Of a DNA stretch of 64,000 bases, positions 13,401 through 27,265 are shown in pieces. This DNA is from Eledone cirrhosa (lineage: Eukaryota): positions 22,940,001 to 23,004,000 of the forward strand of contig OZ024763.1 of the NCBI GenBank assembly GCA_964016885.1, read 5' to 3'. The position numbers and the translations under genes were made by a program. The notes beneath the pieces were generated by a model. It worked only from the letters and a program-made list of their open reading frames with translations. It made no database searches and was not told the origin of the DNA. Numbering within the stretch: the stretch's first letter is position 1; each line of letters begins with the position of its first letter.

Positions 13401-14957
13401 ATTACACAAACTTGGGACAAATAGAAATTTAATTAAAATAATATTTTTTTTACTTGATATTTTCAGCCACGGCTTTGTCTATAGCATCTGGTTGAGAGGG
13501 GAGGCCCTTTATTTTCATGATGTCTACCACCATTTTCCTGGATAGGAAGAGAGAGGAAGAGAGTGAGAGGGGAAGAGAGAGAGAGAGAGGTGGAGAGGGA
13601 GAGAGAGAGAGAGAGAGAGAGATGAATGAACAATCCACATGAAACCACATTAACAAGACATTCTTGAATAAGAAAAAGCAGCACTATGAATGCATGGCAT
13701 GAGTGATTAAAGTCTTTACTGTAATACTGTAAATTTTCACAACAATCTGTCCACTAGTAAAGATACTATAAACATTTGAATTAACAAACCACATGAAACT
13801 ACGTTAGCAAGATATTGTTGAAAAGTACAAAATAACACTATGACTGCATCACATTAAAAATCTCGTGCCAACCCTTACCTATGGGTTTGCAAGAGCTGCT
13901 GCAGTAATGTGCTAGCTTCAGAATTTGGTAATCAGAAGAAGGGAGGTAGGTGTAAAAGCCAAACTCACACTCTTCAATTTGGTATTTGTATCAACCTTTA
14001 CCTATGGTCATGAATCTTGGGTAATGACTGAAAGAATACAATTTCAATTACAAGGGGACAAAATGGAATTCCTCCGAAGGGTCTTTGGAGTAACATTACT
14101 CAATAAAGTGTGTAGTTCGGAGATCAGAGAATCACTCCAGGTAGTGCCACTTCTTCTTTGAATTGAGAGATCACAGCTCCGATACTATGGACATGTGGTT
14201 AGAATGTCTCAGGAAAGGACCACTGGACAGAGTTTACGGGGCAAAAACCAACTGACAGGAGACCCAGGGGTAGACCCACCCCGAGCAAGATGATTGGATA
14301 ACATCCATGAGTTTGGCTTGGGGACCCAACCGGATCAGTTGGAGAAGGTTGCTTTTGACAGGACCCACTGGAAGAAATGTTTGAAGACTCTGTCCGCACA
14401 ACCTTCCCAGGAATAAGTGGGCCAAGAAGAAGTTTAATATAATTTTTCACACCAATCTGTTTTCCCAGAGCTATTTTACTCAATTATCTCAACTATTCTT
14501 TATAGAGATCCACTATTATTATGGTCATTTGCATTGGGGTGCACACATTAAGAATTTAAAATAAAATAATTTTTATTTTTACCGGAATTCCGATGGTTCC
14601 ATCTGTCCCTCTTTGTGGAAACTGTAATAACGAAAAATATATTTGCACCGGATTTCAGCGGAGCCACCACCATGGTTTGTGTGAGGATCGAGGGCAGCCA
14701 AACCAACGTAGAATTCTTTGAAGGTGAGAAACTTCTTACCATTAACATCAAACGCTCTGAGGAAGAACCATTAAATAATTAAATATACACCTATGTATGT
14801 ATATGTACGCATGTATAAATATGTAAAGGTATATATATATCTATGTAAGTATGTATGATGAAATTATTGTTCACAGTGCTCAGGTGCACTACAACTCGTC
14901 AAAGGTGCAGTTGTAGGCACCTGAACACTGTATGTACATATATATATGTGTGTGTGG

Positions 14958-15023
<66 letters not shown>

Positions 15024-18000
15024 GCCAGACAGTCCTATACGAGGAAGACAACCAATCTTGCCTCAAGTGGGAAATCTCCCGTCCAAACCCATGCAAGCGT
15101 GGAAGATGGACGTTAAACGATGATGATGATGATGGTGATGATGATGATGATGATGATATGTGTGTGTGTAACAATAAAAGCATGGGGGCTGGACTAGCTA
15201 TTACATGACAATGTAATCGGCTGCTCATCATCATCATCATCATCATCCTCGTTTAACGTCCACTTTCCACGCTAGTATGGGTTAGACGGGCTCATACTTA
15301 TGCTAAGGTATTGTTCTCAAAATAAATAATATCAAAATCTCATAGCTTTGATATTATGTGAGGTAAAGCCTTTACTGTGAAAATACAATAGTATATATAG
15401 AGTAATGTAAATGTTATGTGAGGTAAAGCCTTTACTGTGAAAATACAATAGTATATATAGAGTAATGTAAATGTTATGTGAGATATTATGTGAAGTAAAG
15501 CCTTTACTGTGAAAATACAATAGTATATATAGAGTAATGTAAATGTTATGTGAGATATTATGTGAGGTAAAGCCTTTACTGTGAAAATACAATAGTATAT
15601 ATAGAGTAATGTAAATGTTATGTGAGATATTATGTGAGGTAAAGTCTTTACTGTGAAAATACAATAGTATCATCATCATCATCATCATCAACGTTTAACG
15701 TCCGTGTTCCACGCTTGCATGGGTTTGGACGGGGGTAGTCCCACTTGAGGCAAGAGTGATTGTCTTGCTCGCATAGGACTGTCTGGCAGGTTTTCTACAG
15801 TTGGATGCCCTTCCTAACACCAACCACATTTACAGTGTGGGTCTGGGAGGTTTTTACCGTGTTGCCTACACGGCCACATTACAGCGTGGACTGTGTGTTT
15901 TTTTGTCGTGACACCTACACGATCTCATTTGTTTCGGCCTGGATGGCGCGGCACCAACATAACTTTACATAGAACGGGGTGGTGTGGATGGGGTGGGGGT
16001 GGCGGCGGGAGGGGTGTATTTTGTTAGAGATGCCTACTGGCAAGGCGGGTCTTCTCTGTTACTGAGTACCGCCAAAGGTCACGGTCCAGTGACATTGTCT
16101 TGGAGAGGTGTAAGTGTGTGAGGTCGGAGTTTATCAGCTCATCCCATGTTTTTCTAGGTCTGCCTATTCCGTGGCTACCGTCTATCTTTATTGCCCTGCA
16201 CTTTGTAATACAGCTATCGACTTTCATGCGCATCACGTGTCCATACCAACGCAGCCTTCTCTCGAGTAAACAACATCTGATCCCTCTTATCTCTAATTTT
16301 TTCCTTAGTTCGTTTATGCTTTGCCGTTCACGTATATTACTGTTACACATCCAGCGGAGCATGCAAGCTTCGTTCCTCTCTAGTCTGCGTATATCCTCTG
16401 CACACAATGCCCAGGTCTCACTACCATGCAACATTGCTGTTCGTATGCAGGCATCGTACAACCTGCCTTTCATTTTTAGGGAGAACCCTTTAGCAGCTAA
16501 TAGTGGTATAAGCTCTCTGAACTTTTTCCAACCAGTTCTGACTCTAGCTACAGTACTTTCAGAGCACCCTCCCCCACTGCTGATTTTATCGCCCAGGTAA
16601 CGGAAGCTGTCCACTATTTCTATAAAACCCTCTGCGCAATTGAAAGAGCTAGTATTTTGTGGGCACTTGCTGCTACTTATTGCACCAGAACACCGGCCAC
16701 ATGTAAAGTCTATGTTCTTAGTTAGCTTACCTGTGATCCCACTACATCTTTTATGCACCCATACTTTGCATTTAGGACATAAGATGGAGTTTCTACCTAC
16801 GCCTTTCCTACATACCGAGCACGACCATTTCCCAGAAGGGACCGCCGCCTTGTTTTCTTTCCTACAAACTAGAACTTTGGTCTTAGCCAGGTTAATTTTA
16901 AGTCCTTTTGACTCTAGGCCGTGCTTCCATGTTTGGAATTTCTTCTCTAGCTCGGCCATTGATTCCGCTATGAGTGTCAGGTCGTCTGCGTATAGGAGTT
17001 CCCATGGGCAGCCTGTCTTGAACTCCTCTGTTATAGCCTGAAGGGCAATAATAAATAGTAGGGGGCTGAGAACAGAGCCCTGATGGACGCCAACTTTTAC
17101 GCTAAACTCTTCACTATATTCGTTGTTAATTCTAACCTTGCTGACTGTTTCTTTATACATGGCTTGTATAGCCCTCACAAGCCATTCGTCAACGCCTAGT
17201 TTTCTAAGAGCCCACCAGATAATGGAGCGGGGGACTCTGTCGAAGGCTTTCTCCAGGTCGACAAAAGCTAAGTAGAGGGGTTTACCTTTAGCTAGGTACT
17301 TCTCCTGTAGTTGTCGTACTATGAAAAGAGCGTCTGTGGTGCTTTTGCCTGACACAAACCCGAACTGCATTTCATCTAGATCAATTCTCTCTCTGATTAG
17401 TTGCGCTATTACTTTTTCCGTGACCTTCATGACCTGGTCGATTAATTTAATGCCTCTATAGTTACTCCTATCTAGGGCGTCTCCTTTACCCTTATAACAG
17501 TTAACGATGATGCTGCTATGCCAGTCCTTCGGAACAACCCCATTCTGTACGACTTGGTTAACTATGCGGGTGACCATGGTGTGTCCCACCGTGCCAGATG
17601 CCTTCAGCATCTCAGCAACTATTTCCGAAGGCCCAGCCGCCTTACCAGTCTTCATATCCTTGATTGCCTTACTTATTATACTCCCCTCGACTAACACTGC
17701 TGGTCCCTCTATCGGGTCGATATGGGGGAGACTGTCTTTCTCCCATTTATTCTCCTCATTTAGTAGCCTTTCATAGTGACACTTCCAAGCTACCTTCTTA
17801 TCAGTGTCGGTGATGGCAAGTATGCCATCATCGTTAAGTACACACTTCTCCCCGACAATATCAGTATATATAGAGTAATGTAAATGTTATGTGAGATATT
17901 ATGTGAGGTAAAGCCTTTACTGTGAAAATACAATAGTATATATAGAGTAATGTAAATGTTATGTGAGATATTGTGAGGTAAAGTCTTTACTGTGAAAATA

Positions 18001-19896
18001 CAATAGTATATATAGAGTAATGTAAATGTTATGTGAGATATTATGTGAGGTAAAGCCTTTACTGTGAAAATACAATAGTATATATAGAGTAATGTAAATG
18101 TTATGTGAGATATTGTGAGGTAAAGTCTTTACTGTGAAAATACAATAGTATATATAGAGTAATGTAAATGTTATGGGAGATATTATGTGAGGTAAAGTCT
18201 TTACTGTGAAAATACAATAGTATATATAGAGTAATGTAAATGTTATGTGAGATATTATGTGAGGTAAAGCCTTTACTGTGAAAATACAATAGTATATATA
18301 GAGTAATGTAAATGTTATGTGAGATATTGTGAGGTAAAGTCTTTACTGTGAAAATACAATAGTATATATAGAGTAATGTAAATGTTATGTGAGGTAAAGC
18401 CTTTACTGTGAAAATACAATAGTAGATATAGAGTAATGTAAATGTTATGTGAGATATTATGTGAGGTAAAGTCTTTACTGTGAAAATACAATAGTATATA
18501 TAGAGTAATGTAAATGTTATGTGAGATATTATGTGAGGTAAAGTCTTTACTGTGAAAATACAATAGTATATATAGAGTAATGTAAATGTTATGTGAGATA
18601 TTATGTGAGGTAAAGCCTTTACTGTGAAAATACAATAGTATATATAGAGTAATGTAAATGTTATGTGAGATATTGTGAGGTAAAGTCTTTACTGTGAAAA
18701 TACAATAGTATATATAGAGTAATGTAAATGTTATGTGAGGTAAAGCCTTTACTGTGAAAATACAATAGTAGATATAGAGTAATGTAAATGTTATGTGAGA
18801 TATTATGTGAGGTAAAGCCTTTACTGTGAAAATACAATAGTATATATAGAGTAATGTAAATGTTATGTGAGATATTATGTGAGGTAAAGCCTTTACTGTG
18901 AAAATACAATAGTATATATAGAGTAATGTAAATGTTATGTGAGATATTATGTGAGGTAAAGTCTTTACTGTGAAAATACAATAGTATATATAGAGTAATG
19001 TAAATGTTATGTGAGGTAAAGCCTTTACTGTGAAAATACAATAGTAGATATAGAGTAATGTAAATGTTATGTGAGATATTATGTGAGGTAAAGCCTTTAC
19101 TGTGAAAATACAATAGTATATATAGAGTAATGTAAATGTTATGTGAGATATTATGTGAGGTAAAGTCTTTACTGTGAAAATACAATAGTATATATAGAGT
19201 AATGTAAATGTTATGTGAGATATTATGTGAGGTAAAGCCTTTACTGTGAAAATACAATAGTATATATAGAGTAATGTAAATGTTATGTGAGATATTATGT
19301 GAGGTAAAGCCTTTACTGTGAAAATACAATAGTAAATATAGAGTAATCATCATCATCATCATTATCAATTAACATCTATCTTCCACGCTAGCATGGGTTA
19401 GACAGGTTTGTCCCATTTAGAGGCAAGTTGGGTTGGGTGACCGTGTCTCACTCATATAGGAGAGTTTCTGGCTGGTTTTCTACGGCCGGATGCCCTTCCT
19501 AACGCCAACCACATTTACAGTGTGGACTGGGTGCTTTTTTTGTCGTGTCTTTTGCACGTCCACTTGTAATGTAAATGGTAATGGGTTAAAGAAGAGGTAT
19601 TACCTGAAGAGATCATCCATGTTGTCAATAGTTGCCCCTTTTGGGAGAATATAGCGAGCAAAGGCTGCCTTACACATTACCATTGACGGGTAACTGAAGT
19701 TGAGGTAATCACGAAGGATCTGTTGTTCTGAAATAGTGGCAAGAACGAGAAGAGGAATGAGTAAACAGCATCATTATAACAACCAATACAACCACCACAA
19801 CCACCACCACCACCATCACCATGGGAAGAAGTAGTAGTCGAAGAAAAAGGCAAATAAGAACTGAGTGGAGATTTTACCTTTTCTAACAGGGAGAGG

Positions 19897-19927
<31 letters not shown>

Positions 19928-22900
19928 GCGGTTGAGAAAATAGTCGTAATAGCAGTAGAAGAAGAAGTAGGTGAAATAAAGATAAATACAAACCAATATT
20001 TTCAAACTTTGCAGCATTCAAGAGATGTTGTATGGCAACTTTATCAACATCCTGGCTTAGATTAATGGGTTCCGTTTCTGTTGTTTGACTAAATCTCATG
20101 GAACTATCATTCTCTGGAATAAATGGTAATACTACAGTCATTTCACACTGAATATATTATATTATATAATATATATATATTATATATATTATATTATATA
20201 ATGTATATGGATTGATAATATCGGTAGAGGGGTGGACGCCATGCTTTCCAGCATAGAGTTACGCCCCTTTATGGTATGAGTTAAATCCCACCGAGGTTAA
20301 CTTTGCCTTTCATCCTTACGAGGTTGATAAAATAAAGTACCAGTAATACACTGGGATAATTGCTGGTCTTGTGCCAAAAGTAGAAACAATTATATAATAT
20401 ATATATATTATATATATTATATTATATTATATATATATTATATAATATATATTATATAATATATATATATTATACAAACCAACAGTCAGTCGGCCTCTCT
20501 TAAACCAATATACACCCCACTGCACACACCCTACCCCATCCTCCCATTTCCGTCCACCGTGTTGGTGACACAAGAAAAAGCACTCAGTCCACACTGTAAA
20601 GTGGTCATGTAAGTAACACGGTAAAAAGGCTCCCAGTCTACACTGTAAATGTGGTTGGTGTTAGGTTGATGTTCCATACGAGCGAGACATGGTCTCCCGA
20701 CCATTCCTGCATCAAATGGAGCAAAACCGTCTAACCCATGCTAGCGTGGAAGATGAACGATGATGATACATATATATGCATGGAGATAGGGTGTACCCCT
20801 GGTATTCACGGAATTTTCCTCTTCCTGTTCAAACTGGCAGTAACTGGCTGCTCATACTTATGTTAAGGTATTGTTCTCAAAATAAATAATATCAAAATCT
20901 CATAGATTTGATATTATGTGCGATAATTATGTGAGATAAAGATTTTACTGTGAAAATACAACAGTACATATAGAGTAATGTAAAAGTTATGTGAGGTAAA
21001 GACTTTACTGTGAAAATATAATAGTATTTATAGAGTAATGTAAATGTTATGTGAGATATTATGTGAGGTAAAGACTTTACTGTGAAAATATAATAGTATT
21101 TATAGAGTAATGTAAATGTTATGTGAGATATTATGTGAGGTAAAGCCTTTACTGTGAAAATATAATAGTATATATAGAATAATGTGAATGTTATGTGAGA
21201 TATTATGTGAGGTAAAGACTTTACCGTGAAAATACAATAGTATATATAGAGTAATATAAATGTTATGTGAGATATTATGTGACGTAAAGCCTTTACTGTG
21301 AAAATACAATAGTATATATAGAGTAATGTAGATATTATGTGAGATATTATGTCAGGTAAAACCTTTACGGTGAAAATATAATAGTATATATACAGTAATG
21401 TAGATATTATGTGAGGTAAAACCTTTACTGTGAAAATACAATAGTATATATAGAGTAATGTAAATGTTTTTATTTTAATAAAAATGGACAGTACGATGAA
21501 TGACAATAGGTGATTTATGAATAGATTTGAGCAGAGTAGAGATCGAGGTGATGGCCAGGAGGCCACGAGTAGATAAATATTTTAAAGTTGAAAATACCTT
21601 TTAAGTGTTTAATCAAATATAAAGGCTCAGGTCCCAGTAGCTGAGGTTCATCTGAAGAAAGGTTATTTTGAATCTCTTCTAAGCTGAACCATTCGCAAAC
21701 TTTATTGGCAGACTGGTGGTGGATAGAGAAAACATACATATGAACACTCAACATTACTATATATCTATATATTACGGGGTCGATAAAATAAAGTACCAGT
21801 AATGCACTGGGTATTTGCTGGCCTTGTGCCTAAAGTAGAAACAATTACTATATCTATATATATACGCAGTATTACAGAAGATCTGCCTTGCCTATGTACA
21901 AAGCGAAACCTAGTCAGTAGGCCTCTCTTAACCAAACACACCCCAACCCACTACCCCTACTCCAACCTCCCACTCCCACCAACACCACCCTTTCTCTGTA
22001 AAGTTATGTTGGTACCACAACATCCAGTCCAAACTAATGAGGTCGTGTAGGTGTCACAACAAAAAAACACACAGTCCACGCTGTAATGTGGCCATGTAGG
22101 TAACACGGTAAAAAGCTTCCAGTCCACACTGTAAACGTGGTTGGTGTTAGGAAGGTCATCCAGCCGTAGAAACCCTGCCAGATAGTCCTATACTAGCGAG
22201 ACACGGTCACCCGACCAATCTTGCCTCAAGTGGGACAACTCCCGTCTAACTCATGCTAGCGTGGAAGATGGATGTTAAACGATGATGATGATATATAAAA
22301 AATTCAAAGTTTGAAAGCCACGGCATGCGGGTTTAGACGGAAAATAATAATATTGTAAGAAACAGGGGATGTTTTTTTTACCTTAATTTATTCAAATGTC
22401 CTGATATTTCAAGATTAATATCTCTTCTTCCAAGGAAAATAAAGGAACACAATATAATTATTCTCCGTCCAAACCCTGCATTGTCGTGGCTTTTAAACTT
22501 CGAATTCTTTATATATATATATATATATATCCCAGATTCAATTGGGGCTAACTACAGTAAAGTACTCTATATGATGATTTTCTTCAAATGAAACAGTTCC
22601 AGTCCTGTAGAAGCCATTTTTATATTAAATATATATATATATATATTTCACGTTGCTCCAGTATACACAGCTGAAAATGTGATGGACTGGTGTCCTGTCC
22701 AGGGGGAAGTCTTGTACTCTCAGTCACATCATGATATGAAACAAGGATAGGCACCGGTCTTACGAGTTTTTTGGCTTAAGACTTTTTTTAATTTTAAGAA
22801 AGGGGTCAGAATCAAAGAAAGAGATATAAAAAATGGTAGGGAAAGAGGTAAAGGTTTAGTCAGGGTGGGTAGGTTACTTACTGTTAATGTGGGAATGTCA

Positions 22901-23034
22901 GGGTTGACAAGCTCATCAGCGGCTGCAGTGTGGAATACCAAGTGGGTAGATATTGGTTGGTCCTCTAGTCTTCGTAGGAAAGTATGTATTACACCGACTA
23001 CTTCTACCACTGACCCAAGATACTGCAACAGAAA

Positions 23035-23077
<43 letters not shown>

Positions 23078-24470
23078 AAAAAAGATGAAATCGAAAATGC
23101 AACTAGAGTCTTTTTAAGAATATTTATTTGTTTCCTTTACCGGTTTCACAGTTCTTATGCTTTTCAAAAGCAGAACTGAGATGGAGGGTTTGTGCGAGAA
23201 AAACCACAAACCCTCCATCTCAATTCTACTTACATATGAACCCAGTAACATCATCAGGTGTATATTGCATAATAATTAGGAAGAAACAGAGGAAGAAAAA
23301 ACAAAAACACATGTGTGTGTGTATATATATATATATATAAGAAATCGTTATCACCACCACCATCATCACCTAGACCACAATCCTTACCACCATCACTAGT
23401 ACTACCACTACTTCTAGACACAGATTATAACACACCACCACTACCACCACCATCACTACCACCACTAGCCCCAATCACCAACACCATTACCGCCACCACC
23501 ATCAACAACAACAATGTTATCAATTATATCCACATGCCCACATTCCAATCCTCTTTCAAGTAGGCTGTTTATACAAGTGGGTGTATGTGTGTGTGTATGT
23601 ATACACAAGTGGGTGTATGTGTATATATGTATACACACATGTATATCTGTGCGTGTGTCCATGTATGTGTACATGTACATCTCTGTGGAGGTCTACACAC
23701 AGGCTTTGATTTAGACCTGGGAAGAGGAGTCCTCACACAGAAAAAAATAGAATACACAGCAACCTCTCTTCCCAATTTTCCATATCAAAGTTAGCAGGGA
23801 GCCCTGGGGAGTTGCCTCCATTGTCCTCCATTAAATCCAGCCCTGGTTATAGGACGAATCAATCCACATAGCAAAGCTAGCTAGGGACCCCGGGACATTT
23901 GCCTCCATTTTCACCCCATTAAATCCAGCCCTGGTTGTCCCTCCATTAAACCTGGCCCTGGTCGACATCCCATTAAATCCGGCCCTGGATATAGGACGAA
24001 ACAATTTACATATCAAAGTTAACAGGGGGCCCTTGTCACCCAATTAAATCCAGCACTGGTCGGCACCCATTAAATCCAGCCCCGGTTGTCACCCCATTAA
24101 ATCTGGTCTTGGTTGACACCTATTAAATCCAACCCTGGTTGACACACCCATTAAATCCAGCCCTGGTTATAAGAGAGGTCAAAGTGGAAGCTGAGATGAA
24201 ATGGAATTTAAACTCTGTAAAGAAGTGAAAGGGGAGGTAACTCTTTTGAAAATATTTTGCCGCCCAACTTTTATATAATACCGCCATTGAAATGTAAACA
24301 AAACTTAGGCTAAAGTCCTTGGCATTGATTTAAATAAAGCTTTATATAAAGCAATGCCAAGGACTTTAGCATAAGTATACACAATATACATGGTTAATGT
24401 CCAGCCTCACATCTCTCTCTGTATGTATGTATATGTGTCTAAGTGTGTGTGTGTATATATATATATATAT

Positions 24471-24537
<67 letters not shown>

Positions 24538-25151
24538 CACACATATATATATATATACATACACACACACATATATATATATATATATATTTGTTTCTAC
24601 TATTGGCACAAGGCCAGAAAATTACCCAGTACATTACTGGTACTTTATTTTATCGACCCCGTAAGGATGAAAGGCAAAGTTAACCTCGGCGGGATTTGAA
24701 CTCAGAATGGCAAGGGCCGTAACTCTATGCGTCAAATATGACTGCCAGATACAGTCCTATACGAGCGAGGCACGGTCACCCGATCAATCTTGCTTCAAGT
24801 GGGACAAATCCCGTCTAACCCATGCTAGCGTGGATGATAGACGTTAAACGATGATTATATATAATCTATCTATATTGGGCCTTCTCTGTTTATAAGCCTG
24901 TAGGTTGAGGAAGAGAGCAAAAGGAAGAAAGGAGCACTTGCACAACACGCTCCTCGAGTTGAGGGTTGTTCTATCGACGGGGTATTAAACAACCCATTTG
25001 TGGCGCCTCCCCCCTATTGGGGATTTCGATTGTTGAAATTGTTTGTTTTTATATTTTTTACACGACTGTATGTAAAATCCCCGGCATGTCTTTGTATTGT
25101 CCCCTTTCTTGTTGCGCCCTTGTGGCTAATAAAGAAATCTATCTATCTATC

Positions 25152-25185
<34 letters not shown>

Positions 25186-25247
25186 TGTAACTAGTTAAGC
25201 CCGTTATTCAACTTATTGTTTGAAAGGTAAAAATGTATGTATATGTA

Positions 25248-25278
<31 letters not shown>

Positions 25279-26388
25279 TTATTAAAATAACAGATTAAAG
25301 TTTAAGCAAAGAATCGCTGCTTTCACCCTTAACTAGAGAGAGAGATGTTACTAGTTACAGTCAATTTTTGTTTGACATATTAAAAAGTAAACATTCACAT
25401 CTTCCTGAAAACACGCCCCCTACTTTCATAACTCACGCTACAACACACTATATATACCAGGGACGATGGAAGTATTTCTGAATTGGGGAGAAGAGGACCC
25501 GAATTTGGTCAACTTGTAGCGATTAGTTTAGCTGTTATTATCAAATATCAACCAAGATATTAAATACTTTGATATGTGATAAAACATAACATGTATATAA
25601 ATTGTAGCACATATTCAAATAGATATGTTTTGGTAGTTTGGGGAGAAAAATATACAATTATTGAAGGGGGGAGCTATGGCAGGACACGAGCCCCTTAACT
25701 TACCAGTTCTACTGCCCCCGGTGTGTATATATCGACATATATATGATATGTATATATATAAGTGTGTATATTTATAGTTTAGCTGCGATTATCAAATATC
25801 AACCAAGATATTAAATACTTTGATATGTGATAAAACATAACATGTACATAAATTGTAGCACATATTCAAATAGATGTGTTTTGGTAGTTTGGGGAGCCCA
25901 GTTCTACCACCCTTGTATAATGTAGTCCTATGTACACTTGGCACCAAAAGATAAACAAAGATAAAATAGGATGATGGCCAACGCCCTTGACATATTGTAC
26001 AATGTAGTCCAAAATACACTTTACCCCACCACCAAGTAAAACATAACATACGGATGACTACTAACGCCTGCGGCTGGCCTTGGGCTAAATAAAATATACT
26101 TAAAGTACGTGTGTGTGTGTAAACATATTTCGATGTATGTGTGTGAATAAATGTATGTGTAAGTGCATATAGTGCGTATGTGTGTGATCATATATCGATG
26201 TGTGAGTAAAAGAATAGTAAAATTCCTTACTATTCTTTCTGATGACTGAAGACAGATACAAATATCTGTCCTCAAGAAACCACTGGTAAATGAAATAATT
26301 ATCTTATTTTGTTTATTACATAACTAAAAAGCTCTGTAGCCTACATAGAGCACTCTCTTTTCCTGTACCTTTTCTACGGAAATACTTC

Positions 26389-26422
<34 letters not shown>

Positions 26423-26994
26423 TTTGAGAAACACGTGTGTGTACTCGTTTCATCTGAATTATTGATGTTCTGGGCCGACGTTCACCGAGCTTTACTACTG
26501 AGAAACATAATCATATATATGTATATATATATTTATGTGTGTGTTTGTATGTATATATATATATATGTATGTTTGTGTCTGTATGTATACTCTTTTATCT
26601 GTTTCAGGCATCCGGCTGAGGCCATATGTATATATTGCACGTATGTGTGTGTGTGTATATATATATGTGTGTAAGTATGCGTGAGATAGACATAAACAGT
26701 AAGGTAGATAGATATTCTATGTACTATACATGCACCTTTGATGAGATGTAGTGCACCTGAGCACTGTACACAATAATTTCATTATTATTATTATTATATA
26801 TCAGATAGAGTGTGGCAAGGAACCAGGTGGACCATAACACACCAGAGTACACAATACTTAGGGTAGTAGAGTGGGTAATAGGAAAAGAGTCAGGACAACG
26901 ACGGCTGAGCTCCAACCGTTTCGACAGCTAGATCCGTGAGTTCGGATCTAGCTGTCGAAGAAACGCCCGGAGCTCAGCCGTCGGGGTCCTGACT

Positions 26995-27036
<42 letters not shown>

Positions 27037-27204
27037 CAGATTAAAGTTTATATATTATTCTTATCGAGCCCTGTTTCGGATTTTAGTCTTCACATTTATT
27101 ATTATTACTATAGCGTCCGAAATGTTAAGACCCTTTTCCTGCTATATCAAGCGTTAACCTAATATATACTGTACCGATTGTGTTGTTATTTCTGTTTACC
27201 TTCT

Positions 27205-27265
<61 letters not shown>

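Noticed and set aside
18101-19368. [15 protein letters not shown] repeat proteins (also 15332, 49853, 55955)
   Set aside because: In-frame 72-bp satellite derived from a MITE; no independent coding evidence
20114-20147. Longer exon 4 using the acceptor at 20148
   Set aside because: Phase 0 is incompatible with exon 3 (phase 1); the 20114 acceptor fits
25520-25895. ~120-bp local direct duplication
   Set aside because: Ordinary repeat-internal duplication with no evident function
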